The notes under the pieces are model-generated. The model ran no database searches, was not told where the DNA came from, and saw only the letters and a program-made list of their open reading frames with translations. A program made the position numbers and the translations under genes. Shown one piece after another: positions 50,614-60,536 of a stretch of DNA of 64,000 nt (position 1 is the stretch's first letter; every line of letters begins with the position of its first letter). Source of the stretch: Promethearchaeota archaeon (lineage in GTDB: Archaea > Asgardarchaeota > Lokiarchaeia > Sigyniarchaeales > SOKP01); the NCBI GenBank assembly GCA_016839555.1, contig JAEOUA010000008.1:224001-288000 (forward strand), written 5' to 3'.

Positions 50614-51171
50614 ATGCAAATTTGTGTAGGAAGTTTAAATCCAGTGAAATATTCTGCAGTTAAACAGGCGTTTAATACATATTTTAATAAGTTTGAAATA
50701 TATCAAATTAAAGCAGATTCAAGAGTCCCTAATCAACCCATAGGAAAGGAGATGATACTTACTGGAGCATTTAATAGAGCGAAAGCCGCATTAGATTTTT
50801 TGAGATTAAATAAAGATCTAGACTCAAAGATTTATGGGATCGGTATAGAAGCTGGTTTGGTTAAAATTCCTCTTGCAACCTCAAAATATATGGATTTCCA
50901 ATTTTGTGTTATTATAGATAAAATGGAAAAGATTACAATAGGCTCTGGTGTGACATTTGAATATCCTAAATTTATTATTGACAAGGTTTTATCAAAAAAT
51001 ATTGAAATTGGAGAAATCATGGGAGCACTAGCTAATAATAGAAATCTGAAATTTGAAGAAGGGGCAATTGGATATCTATCTAAAAACCAAATAAAACGAG
51101 AAGAGATTCTAAAGCAAGCAGTTATTTGTGCTCTCTTACCCCGAATCAATCAAGAATTATATACTCTTTAA
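50614..51171 (+). CDS. yjjX: Inosine/xanthosine triphosphatase
   Basis: GSLNPVK, QP, GAFNRA, GIEAG, GAIGYL. Confidence 0.88.
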   Translation: MQICVGSLNPVKYSAVKQAFNTYFNKFEIYQIKADSRVPNQPIGKEMILTGAFNRAKAALDFLRLNKDLDSKIYGIGIEAGLVKIPLATSKYMDFQFCVIIDKMEKITIGSGVTFEYPKFIIDKVLSKNIEIGEIMGALANNRNLKFEEGAIGYLSKNQIKREEILKQAVICALLPRINQELYTL

Positions 51172-51337
51172 AAAAACCAGCGCACATTTTTTATACATTA
51201 TTTTAAATTATTTATATCCTAATCTTAATTAAACTTATATATTATTTAAAGAGAAAATATAAAAATAAAGATATAAATATTAAAATAATTAAAAATAAAA
51301 ATAATATAAAAATAATTTCAAAAAGGTTAAAAATAAT

Positions 51338-51697
51338 ATGCCAAGAAAATATTCTTATAGACATAGAGGTTTGATAAAACTCTTTGCAATCCTCGGTGCG
51401 CTGTTAGGTCTTGCTATCTGTGTATGGCAAATTGCCGGAGGAGCCCCTCATCTATTATATTTATATGCGGGAATAACAGGATATGGTGGTGAAATCGGAT
51501 TTTATATTCTTTATGTAATTGGAATTGTCATCTGCGTTCTTACAATTTTAATGGGGATGGATTCAACTGCCATCCCTCTCCATTGGGTTCTCTGTTTCGT
51601 GTTCGGCATTCTCATTTTAGTATTTGGGGGCGGCGTTTGGGCTTTAATTTTGCTGGTTATAGCAGGCACCATAGGTATAGTGGATGAACTTTCTTAA
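51338..51697 (+). CDS. Small membrane protein
   Basis: Four TM segments. Confidence 0.6.
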   Translation: MPRKYSYRHRGLIKLFAILGALLGLAICVWQIAGGAPHLLYLYAGITGYGGEIGFYILYVIGIVICVLTILMGMDSTAIPLHWVLCFVFGILILVFGGGVWALILLVIAGTIGIVDELS

Positions 51698-51734
51698 AAT
51701 TCTTAATTATTCTCTTTTTTTTCTCTTCTCTATT

Positions 51735-52604
51735 TTATTTCTTAATATTCTTTAAAAAATAATCAATTATTTTTTTTGCTAAATTAATTTCTGTTACTTG
51801 CTGAAGGGCTGTGAAACCCGGAATAGAATTAACTTCAATAACTTGTAATCCTTTTTCGCTTTCTATGATATCCACTCCGGCAATCTCGGTTTTGACAACT
51901 TGAGCTGCTTTTATTGCTAAATCCTTTAATTCAGGAGTAAGTTCTATTTTCTTCATTGATGCACCTGCAAAGATATTTGTTTTCCAGTTATCAGCTACAC
52001 GATACATACCAGCTACTGCTTCGTTTCCTAACACAAGTACTCGAATATCTCGGTTATAATGCTCAACAAATTCTTGTAGATAAAAAATTTCATTTAATTG
52101 TCCCAATGTATAGATTACATTTTCTGCAAAAGCTTTATCATTCAATCTTGTAATACCAATGCCTTTTGAGCCGTATAATGGTTTAAGAATTACATCACCT
52201 CCTAATTTTTCAAAATTAGCTAGCGCTTTAGTAGCATCTTCACATATTATTGTTTTGGGAGTGGGAATACCATTTTTTTTTAAAAAAATAGATGTTAAGA
52301 ATTTATCACTAGCAATCTCCAATGACTGGCGTGAATTAATTAATTTAATTCCTAATTCTTCTATAGCAGTTAAAATATCTAATCTAAAAAATATTTTCTG
52401 AGTGGCAGCCGCTCCAAAACCTCTTACTAATGCCCCCTTTGGATTGAGGTCTTTGAATTTTTCTGAGAAAGTATCAATATCAACGATGCAATCTGCGGGT
52501 ACAAAAAGCTCAACTTTGAAATCTCTTTTTTCCAACTGTTTTGCTAAAGTTTGAACTTCAAAATCAGAAGGATTTGGCGTGATGATCATTGAATTTTTTT
52601 TCAT
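51735..52604 (-). CDS. RimK-family ATP-grasp alpha-L-glutamate ligase (MptN-like)
   Basis: DKF, KPLYGSKG, QEF, DIR, WKTN, GVD, EVN.IPG. Confidence 0.85.
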   Translation of the reverse strand: MKKNSMIITPNPSDFEVQTLAKQLEKRDFKVELFVPADCIVDIDTFSEKFKDLNPKGALVRGFGAAATQKIFFRLDILTAIEELGIKLINSRQSLEIASDKFLTSIFLKKNGIPTPKTIICEDATKALANFEKLGGDVILKPLYGSKGIGITRLNDKAFAENVIYTLGQLNEIFYLQEFVEHYNRDIRVLVLGNEAVAGMYRVADNWKTNIFAGASMKKIELTPELKDLAIKAAQVVKTEIAGVDIIESEKGLQVIEVNSIPGFTALQQVTEINLAKKIIDYFLKNIKK

Positions 52605-52710
52605 AGCAATATTACTTTTATTATAAACATTACTTTTATTATAAACTTATGATACGCATGTTTTTTTAAATAAATAAATCTTAATTTTTAATAAACCATA
52701 TGCAATAAAA

Positions 52711-53319
52711 ATGCAGAAAAAAGCCAAAGATAGTGAAATTGAAAAATTAACACAGATTCTTACCTCTTTACAAAATCTTTATTATAAAAAACAAGGACAA
52801 TTAAAGGAATTAGAAGATGAATTAGCGGAGTTAAAAGAAATACTCAATAACCTAAATTCTCTAGTTTCAAGAAAATCTTTTTCAAGTGCTAATGAAATCT
52901 ATTCTCAATACACTCACGCCAAGGCTCAAGAAGAATCAGCAGAAGAAGATTACTTCATTAGAAATATTCCTCAAGAAAAATTGACGGGCACAAAAATTAA
53001 AAGAAAAATATTTTTACAGAAGAATGATGGGGAAGAAGAGCTGATATGTATCTTAAATTTATATGATATGGATAAATTGGAAATTAAAATATTAGATCCC
53101 CCTCAATATAATATAAAAGAAACCTCTGAAGCATTTATCAAAACCTTCTTAAAAGGTGCATTAATCCAGATTAAAGAGCAAAATCCAGATTTAGAATTAT
53201 CTTATAAATACTATAAAAATACGGATATAATCGAAATGATCTTGATCACAAACTTGAAATCGATTGATAGCTATGACTTAATTACTGAAAAACTCAGTGA
53301 ATTCTTAAAATCAAATTAA
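52711..53319 (+). CDS. Hypothetical protein with an N-terminal coiled coil
   Basis: Heptad-rich N-terminus. Confidence 0.55.
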   Translation: MQKKAKDSEIEKLTQILTSLQNLYYKKQGQLKELEDELAELKEILNNLNSLVSRKSFSSANEIYSQYTHAKAQEESAEEDYFIRNIPQEKLTGTKIKRKIFLQKNDGEEELICILNLYDMDKLEIKILDPPQYNIKETSEAFIKTFLKGALIQIKEQNPDLELSYKYYKNTDIIEMILITNLKSIDSYDLITEKLSEFLKSN

Positions 53320-53520
53320 ATAAAAATTTAAAAATCAAAATTATTATTTTTAGATTAACTTGAAAATAGAACAATCATAATGTAAGAATTATATATTCAA
53401 TCTAAAAGATCGAGTAAAAATATATAATATTAATTTCTTATTACACTAAACAATAAAAACAATAATTTCTTGATAATATAAGAAATAACTTTTTAATATA
53501 AGAGGAGAGAGAAAATAAAA

Positions 53521-54321
53521 ATGAAACAAGATTGGATACCAAAGGTCCATAGCAAATTTAATACCCCATCCTTAGAAAAAGCTTTGATCGATAAGGCAAG
53601 TAAATTTCTGGAAGATAGAAAAGGAGAAACACCTTCGTTTATGTTTCTATCTGGGGGTTTTTTTGATGTTCATGGATTTGCATATTCGGCAGTAAGGGCT
53701 TGGAAAGGAGCAACAAAACCGACTGAAACTAATGGAGGAAGAAGGCCCCTTTTAGAGGCAACATTTGCATCATTATCTGTATATCTAAGCTCTCTGTTAT
53801 CTTTTCAATCTGATTTTTATTTTGCATATGACGAGGTAAAGGAGATATTATTAGAAAAAAATAGGCGAGATTTATGGGAAATTATTTCGGAAAAGATTCC
53901 CTTTATTTCTGTCCCTCCTAAAGAAATGTACGGAAAACAAGTATCGCCGATTTCTCCCTACTTTATAATTCAGCAAGATGAGGAACTTATATTGGGAGAG
54001 CTTTATCCTTCTGTCTATTTAACAAACATAATCTCCTCAATAAAAACCAGGTTTTTTGTGTTTTTTCATCATAATGGATATACAGCTTTTGGATTTTTTA
54101 ATTCATTACCCCCTCGAAAGAACTTTGGATTTGAAGAAACTGCCAGAAGGTTCGAGAAGGAACCAACTTCAGATAATCTCATTAAATATACTAAAAAAGC
54201 CAAAAGTCTAAAGGAAGTTCTTATCGCATTAATTCATTCACATAATAATGCCTATCTTGAGCAATTTTTAATAGAAGACTATGAAACACTTTTAAGGGAA
54301 CTTCTCGGAGATGAGGTATAA
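53521..54321 (+). CDS. Hypothetical protein, probably co-transcribed with the GTPase
   Basis: 266-aa ORF preceded by AGGAG. Confidence 0.6.
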   Translation: MKQDWIPKVHSKFNTPSLEKALIDKASKFLEDRKGETPSFMFLSGGFFDVHGFAYSAVRAWKGATKPTETNGGRRPLLEATFASLSVYLSSLLSFQSDFYFAYDEVKEILLEKNRRDLWEIISEKIPFISVPPKEMYGKQVSPISPYFIIQQDEELILGELYPSVYLTNIISSIKTRFFVFFHHNGYTAFGFFNSLPPRKNFGFEETARRFEKEPTSDNLIKYTKKAKSLKEVLIALIHSHNNAYLEQFLIEDYETLLRELLGDEV

Positions 54322-54384
54322 TATGAAACTAGATAGATATCTATTAACAATCAATAAAATAATCAATAAGGATGGGGTTAACGC

Positions 54385-55014
54385 ATGGTAAATATTGGTT
54401 TATTAGGTGATATATCGGTTGGAAAAACCTCTATTTTAAGATTATTTGTAAAATATTTAAATAAAGGAGATATTGAAAATGTGGAAGGTGGGAAGAAATG
54501 CACTGTGGTCAAAACAGATTTTTCGGGCGAAGCTACTTTACCTGGTGGAGATAAAGAAAATAAACTTAATGAAAAGGAAACCAAAACCATTCATCCAAAT
54601 AGAGTTGTCTTTCGAGAAGATGATACAAATAAAGCACATACTATCTTTGCTCCAGGAGGAGACCGAAAAAGAGCAGTAGTGAAGATGGGCATAATAACTA
54701 TAAGTAGAATTGCAACCCATATCATTGCTGTTTTTTCTTGTGATAGAGATCTAGATACTCAATTTCAATTCTTTAATGATGTAAGGTTTTTTCCATATAA
54801 AATTTATGTAGCTATTAATAAGGTGGATTTATTGGAAAGAGATGATCAAGAAAAGCTTGAGAAGATGAAGAAATCCATTGAAAGTTTCTTTGAAAAACGT
54901 AAAATAAACATAATGGATTATTTTATAACCTGTGGAGAAAGAATTGAGGGATTTGAAGATACAGATATGTATAATAACCATGTTGCTGAGATGATTTTAA
55001 AAATAACTACTTAA
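54385..55014 (+). CDS. Small Ras-like GTPase with an atypical G3 motif
   Basis: G1 GDISVGKT; G3 position FAPGG; G4 NKVD; G5-like TCG. Confidence 0.75.
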   Translation: MVNIGLLGDISVGKTSILRLFVKYLNKGDIENVEGGKKCTVVKTDFSGEATLPGGDKENKLNEKETKTIHPNRVVFREDDTNKAHTIFAPGGDRKRAVVKMGIITISRIATHIIAVFSCDRDLDTQFQFFNDVRFFPYKIYVAINKVDLLERDDQEKLEKMKKSIESFFEKRKINIMDYFITCGERIEGFEDTDMYNNHVAEMILKITT

Positions 55015-55059
55015 AATTAATATTTCTCCATTCTATTTTAATCAAGATTTTGGATTAGA

Positions 55060-55608
55060 TTATTTCTCTTTAAGATCTTTTTTATTTTTTAATTTTAAGG
55101 ATAATTTCATAAAAAGTTGAGGAAGATCTAATTGATATCCTATTAAGGGGGTTATACTAACCTCATTTATCTCCTTATTAAATTTTATATAACCAAGTTG
55201 CTCTAGTTTTCGTAAATCTTTTAAAATTCCTTTCTTTTTTCTTAAATCCTTAATATCTTTTACCTTTGAATGTCCCAAATTAGAAAGACAACAAACGAGC
55301 ACACAAAATAAGGTTGCTGCAAGCTTTGGTTTATCTTCGAAAGGATTTGCAGACACTAAATTGGAAACTTCCATATCGTATGAAATAAACCAATGGTTAT
55401 CTAGAGGATTAAATCTTATAAATAGTCCTAAAGGTTCGATATATTTTGATAAGTTAGAGATTAATTTATGAAAATATACCTGTTCGTTTTTTCCAGTTAT
55501 ATGAAGTTTTTCAATGATTTCCTTTTTTGATGCTCCCATTTGAAAGTTGTTGATTTTTCTACTTAATAAATGGAGGAGAATAGAAAATTCGTTAATTATT
55601 ATCACCAA
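55060..55608 (-). CDS. Tandem winged-helix KITE-like protein (Nse1/Nse3/ScpB-like)
   Basis: Two wHTH-sized halves (ISNLSKYIEPLGLFIR...HWF; ATLFCVL...LRKLEQLGYI...ITP); same strand as the SMC and kleisin-like genes. Confidence 0.5.
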   Translation of the reverse strand: MVIIINEFSILLHLLSRKINNFQMGASKKEIIEKLHITGKNEQVYFHKLISNLSKYIEPLGLFIRFNPLDNHWFISYDMEVSNLVSANPFEDKPKLAATLFCVLVCCLSNLGHSKVKDIKDLRKKKGILKDLRKLEQLGYIKFNKEINEVSITPLIGYQLDLPQLFMKLSLKLKNKKDLKEK

Positions 55609-55691
55609 TATTAAATATTAATTGAATTAAAAGAAATTAACTTCTTATTTTTAATCACAATTGAAATCTATTTATTTTACATTTAATGGAA

Positions 55692-56499
55692 TCAGCTTAT
55701 TAAATATGTTAAATTCTTTTTTTCAAGATATTCTTCTAAAAGAGAAATCCCGTATTTATTTATTATTGAGTTGCTGAAATTTTGTGTTATATATTCTGAA
55801 AAATTTTCTTTTTTGATGCTTAAATTCTTTCTTAAAGAATTAATTATTAGATTTAATTCTACTAATAAAAGGTCTATTTCATCTGAAAGCATATTAACTG
55901 TTTTTTTTTTGATCTTTAATTGATAAGGCATTTTTTAATAAATCGGATTCGAAACCCAAATCATATTCCCAAGGAGTATTAAGAATATTTTTATCAGAAT
56001 CTAATATGAGTGTATCTCTGAAAAGATTTGTTAATATATAGGGTTTTAAAAAATAAAAATCATCAAATTTTGAAATTGCTAATTTATTATTAATCTTTAT
56101 TTTTTCATTGAAATAATCCTCAATTAAATCAATATATTCATCTGGAAAAGTACTACTAAAGATCTTTACATTATAGTTAAAAATTTTAGCATGAAAAAGA
56201 CATATAGTACCATATATTCCAAATAAATAAATTAAACCATTTAATGAGAATGAACTTTTAAGAGCTTTAAATTCTTCAGAAGATATTTTCAAAGTAATAT
56301 CTATTTTTTGCGATCCCACGATTTTTCTTTTTTTAGGATCAAAAATTACTATAAAAGTATGGTTACAAATTCTTTCAGAGACTTGAATTTTAACAAGATT
56401 AAACTTTTTTTGGTTTAATATATTTGCTGGAAGTGGTATCTTCTTGGTTGCTTTACACACAGGGCATACAATTTCAAATTCTTCAGTTGAGAGCTCCAT
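55692..56499 (-). pseudogene. Zn-ribbon family protein split by a frameshift in an A10 tract
   Basis: CPVC...ICNHTF motif. ORFs 55894-56499 and 55692-55931 join if one base is removed from the T10 run at 55901-55910. Confidence 0.65.
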
Positions 56500-56625
56500 A
56501 TTTAATTCACTAATTTAAAGTTATACTTTTTAGTCTAAATGAATAATATCAATATCTACATTTAAATATTATAAATTTGTATATTTATATATTAATTAAC
56601 TTAAGATAAAAGAGCAATAAACATT

Positions 56626-57813
56626 ATGTTCAGAATTATTGTTAATATTCTTAAAGGAAAAGCAAAAGCAGCTTTTGGAAAACCATTGAATGGTAATGAA
56701 CGTTTTTTATTAACTTCTCTTTTTTCTAAAACTGATAGAATTGCATCCGCAATAGTGGCTAATAACGTTCACCCTAAGTTAATTGACCAAAATTATGATT
56801 TTGTAAAATTAACGTCAAGCGTTGAGGCAAATCTAGAATTATTTGAAATCCTTTTAGATAGGTTTCCTTTCTTTGATGCGTGCCTTGCTCCATCATGGCT
56901 AGGATTAGCAGGCAATGGATTAGAAGAATTAGGAACTTCTATGCGTATTACTCCGATGGTAGACCCTACACCTTATAAATTTGCGTTGGATAAAGTCTCT
57001 TTTAATGAGCTTACTCTCCCGGAAAATACTGGTTATTTAGAGAAACAAATTCGGCTAATATGCGAAGTGCAAGACCGCTATGCAATGAATGCTCCTCCTA
57101 TAATATTAGGAGCATTTGATCTTGCGATGCTATTACGTGGAGAAAAACTTATCACAGATTTTCGCATTTACAGAGATTATATGAAAGCCTCTAATGAATC
57201 AATAAAACAAAAAATAGAAAAAAAAGGCGATCCAAATTTCTTCCCAAAACTTTTAGAATTCACAACTAAAGCGAGTATCCATATCGGGAATATGTATAAA
57301 TCCCAAGGAGCCAATATGCTAGGGATTGTTATAACTGACCAATATGCAAATCCTCCACTTATGAGTCCTGATGATTTTTTGACCTATATTTATCCCTATG
57401 TCGAAAATGTGTGGAAAAAATTCAAAAGATACCGACCTACAGTGGGTTATATGCCACCTTCTCCAATGGTTGCAGAACAAATAACCGACTACCCTGCTCT
57501 AAGTGGGATTGCCAGTTTTAACAATTATATGTTTCCACAAGATGAGATAGGGCTTACTTCAGCAGAATATGATACTCAGATGGTCGAATTATCTAAAAAA
57601 GTTAAAATACCTTACCAATATATTATACATGGAAAATTTTTAAGAGATTGTTCTGAAAAAGAATTAGAAAAGGAATTAGTCCGTGTTTGCAATATGGGGA
57701 CGGAAGAAAATATTCCTTTATCAATAGGCTTAGTTTCAGTACCACTTGGAACTGATTTATCAAAATTAGATAAAGTTATAGAAGTTATAAAAGAATACGG
57801 GGTGTATGATTAA
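56626..57813 (+). CDS. UroD/MtaA-CmuA superfamily methyltransferase-like protein, copy 1
   Basis: GAFDLAMLLRGE, D......MSPDDF...IYPY, C-terminal VPLGT; overlaps the corrinoid protein gene. Confidence 0.75.
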   Translation: MFRIIVNILKGKAKAAFGKPLNGNERFLLTSLFSKTDRIASAIVANNVHPKLIDQNYDFVKLTSSVEANLELFEILLDRFPFFDACLAPSWLGLAGNGLEELGTSMRITPMVDPTPYKFALDKVSFNELTLPENTGYLEKQIRLICEVQDRYAMNAPPIILGAFDLAMLLRGEKLITDFRIYRDYMKASNESIKQKIEKKGDPNFFPKLLEFTTKASIHIGNMYKSQGANMLGIVITDQYANPPLMSPDDFLTYIYPYVENVWKKFKRYRPTVGYMPPSPMVAEQITDYPALSGIASFNNYMFPQDEIGLTSAEYDTQMVELSKKVKIPYQYIIHGKFLRDCSEKELEKELVRVCNMGTEENIPLSIGLVSVPLGTDLSKLDKVIEVIKEYGVYD

Positions 57814-58436
57814 TGTCAATTAAAGATATAGTGTCTGATGGAGATATTTATAGTATCCAAGAGGTTGTAGAAAATGCTGTAAAACAATCCAAACCAATAA
57901 AAGTATTAGACGAATTGGTTGATGGATTACGCTATGCTGGTGAATTATTTGCCAATGATGAAATGTATATTGTTGATTTAATGGTCGCTGCAGAAACTTT
58001 TCAAGAAGGATTAAAGGTTCTTCAACCTCTATTAGGTGAAAAAAAAAGAGAAGCTATTGGAAAGGTTGTTATAGGTACTGTTGAAGGAGATGTACATGAT
58101 ATCGGCAAAAATATTGTAAAGATTATGCTTGAGACAGCAGGATTTGAAGTTATAGATCTAGGTAAAGATGTCCCCGTGGATAATTTTATTAATGCCATAA
58201 AAGAACATCAGCCTCAGATTTTAGGGCTTTCAGCATTACTAACTTCAACTATGGTCGAGATGGAAGGCGTTATAAAAGCAATTGACGAGGCAGGCCATCG
58301 AAACGATATTAAGATAATGATAGGTGGCGCTCCGGTGTCAGAAAGATATGCCCAATCTATTGGCGCTGATGCGTTTGCAGGAGATGCAGTTCATGCAATT
58401 GACGAAGCAAAAAAACTTATAGAAATGTCAAAATAG
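57813..58436 (+). CDS. Corrinoid (B12-binding) protein, MtbC/MttC-like, copy 1
   Basis: GTVEGDVHDIGKNIV, SALLT, GGAP. Confidence 0.92.
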   Translation: MSIKDIVSDGDIYSIQEVVENAVKQSKPIKVLDELVDGLRYAGELFANDEMYIVDLMVAAETFQEGLKVLQPLLGEKKREAIGKVVIGTVEGDVHDIGKNIVKIMLETAGFEVIDLGKDVPVDNFINAIKEHQPQILGLSALLTSTMVEMEGVIKAIDEAGHRNDIKIMIGGAPVSERYAQSIGADAFAGDAVHAIDEAKKLIEMSK

Positions 58437-58700
58437 CTACAAATTAAAGCATTATTTTTTAAGCTTTATGAAATATATAAAAAAATCAAATATTTTAATG
58501 AGTAGGATCCTTTTAGAGCTTTATACTCTTCAGAAGATATTTTTGATATAATATCTATTTGATATGATCCTACGTTTTTTTTTATTAGCTTTAAGTTTAG
58601 CAACTTAATTTTAATAGATAACACTAAGAACTATATTTAAATATGATAAAAATGTATATTTATTTATCAATTAATTGAAGAATAAATAGCGAAATAGATT

Positions 58701-59885
58701 ATGTTTAAAATTATTTTAAATATTCTTAAAGGAAAAGCAAAAGCAGCTTTTGGAAAACCATTAAAGGGTGATGAACGATTTTTATTGACTTCCCTTTATT
58801 CCAAAACTGATAGGATTGCAACATTAATTACAGCTAGTAATGTCCATCCAACTCTAATTGATCCAGATTATGACTTTGTTAAATTAACAGAAAGCGTGGA
58901 TGCAAATCTAGAATTATTACAAAAACTCCTCAATCGTTTTGATTTTGATGCCGCTATGCCTCCTTCATGGCTCGGATTAGCTGGCTGTGGTTTGGAGGAA
59001 TTAGGAACTTCTATGCGTATCACTCCTATGGTAGAACCCACACCTTATAAATTTGCGTTAGATAAAGTCTCTTTAAATGAACTATCTCTTCCGGAAAATA
59101 CTGGGTATTTAGAGAAACAAATTCGGTTAATATGCGAAGTTCAAGACCGTTATGCCATGAATGCTCCTCCTATAATATTAGGAGCATTTGATCTTGCGAT
59201 GTTATTACGTGGAGAAAAACTTATCACAGATTTCCGTCTTTATAGAGATTATTTAAAAGCTTCTAATGAAACTATCAAGCAAAAAATAGAAAAGAGGGGC
59301 GATCCCAATTTCTTCCCACGGCTTTTAGACTATACAACTAAGGTCAGTATTCATATTGGGAATATGTATAAATCGCAAGGAGCCAATATGCTAGGGATTG
59401 TAATAACTGACCAATATGCCAATCCTCCACTTATGTCTCCAGATGATTTTTTGACATATATTTATCCGTATGTCGAAAAAGTATGGAAAAGTTTCAAAAA
59501 ATATCGACCCACAGTAGGTTATATGGCACCTTCTCCAAGTATTATAGAGGAAATTCTCGAATACCGTGCTTTAAGCGGAATAGCTTGTTTTAACAATTAC
59601 ATGTTTCCACAAAATGAGATGGGGGTTACTTCAGCAGAATACGACGCTCAGATGGTAGAATTATCAAAAAAACTTAAAACACCTTACCAATTTCTTATAC
59701 ATGGAAAATTTATAAGAGATTGCACGGAGAAGGAATTAGAAAAGGAATTAGTGCGAGTGTGCAATTTAGTGATGAAAAATAATATTCCTTTATCGATAGG
59801 TTTAGCAGCTGTACCTCTTGGAACCGATTTATCAAAAATAGATACATTTTTAAAAGTAATTAACAAATATGGGGTGTATGATTAG
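58701..59885 (+). CDS. UroD/MtaA-CmuA superfamily methyltransferase-like protein, copy 2
   Basis: Close paralog of 56626-57813. Confidence 0.75.
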   Translation: MFKIILNILKGKAKAAFGKPLKGDERFLLTSLYSKTDRIATLITASNVHPTLIDPDYDFVKLTESVDANLELLQKLLNRFDFDAAMPPSWLGLAGCGLEELGTSMRITPMVEPTPYKFALDKVSLNELSLPENTGYLEKQIRLICEVQDRYAMNAPPIILGAFDLAMLLRGEKLITDFRLYRDYLKASNETIKQKIEKRGDPNFFPRLLDYTTKVSIHIGNMYKSQGANMLGIVITDQYANPPLMSPDDFLTYIYPYVEKVWKSFKKYRPTVGYMAPSPSIIEEILEYRALSGIACFNNYMFPQNEMGVTSAEYDAQMVELSKKLKTPYQFLIHGKFIRDCTEKELEKELVRVCNLVMKNNIPLSIGLAAVPLGTDLSKIDTFLKVINKYGVYD

Positions 59886-60508
59886 TGTCTATTAAAGATA
59901 TAGTATCTGAAGGAGATATTTACAGCATCCAAGAGGCTATAGAAAAAGACCTTCAAAAATCCGAACCAATAAAAGTATTAGATGAATTAATTGAGGGATT
60001 ACAACATGCTGGTAAATTATTTGCCGATGATAAAATGTTTATTGTTGATTTAATGGTGGCTGCTGAAACATTTAAAGAAGGATTAAATATTCTTCAACCA
60101 TTATTAGGTGAAAAAAAAAGAGAAACTATTGGAAAGGTCGTTTTAGGAACTGTTCAAGGAGATGTACACGATATTGGCAAAAATATTGTAAAGATTATGC
60201 TTGAAACTGCGGGCTTTGAAGTTATTGATCTTGGAAAAGATGTTCCAGCTGATAATTTTGTTGATGCCATAAAAGAACATAAGCCACAAATATTAGGTTT
60301 ATCTGCCTTATTGACTTCAACGATGATTGAAATGGAAAACGTTATAAAAATGATTGATAAAGCAGGTCATCGAAATGATATTAAGATAATGATTGGTGGT
60401 GCTCCAGTCTCAGAAAGATATGCCCAATCTATTGGGGCTGATGCTTTTGCTGGAGATGCAGTCCATGCAATTGACGAGGCTAAAAAACTGCTAGGAAAGT
60501 TGAAATAG
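59885..60508 (+). CDS. Corrinoid protein, copy 2
   Basis: GTVQGDVHDIGKNIV, SALLT, GGAP. Confidence 0.92.
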   Translation: MSIKDIVSEGDIYSIQEAIEKDLQKSEPIKVLDELIEGLQHAGKLFADDKMFIVDLMVAAETFKEGLNILQPLLGEKKRETIGKVVLGTVQGDVHDIGKNIVKIMLETAGFEVIDLGKDVPADNFVDAIKEHKPQILGLSALLTSTMIEMENVIKMIDKAGHRNDIKIMIGGAPVSERYAQSIGADAFAGDAVHAIDEAKKLLGKLK

Positions 60509-60536
60509 CTATAAATTAAGGCATTAATTCATTAAG

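Larger units (their letters stand above)
56255..60526 (+). repeat. Diverged tandem duplication (~56255-58454 and ~58510-60526)
   Basis: Paralogous gene pairs, matching promoter regions, matching 3' tails (AAATAGCTAyAAATTAArGCATTA), and a remnant of the Zn-ribbon gene at 58510-58580. Confidence 0.85.
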
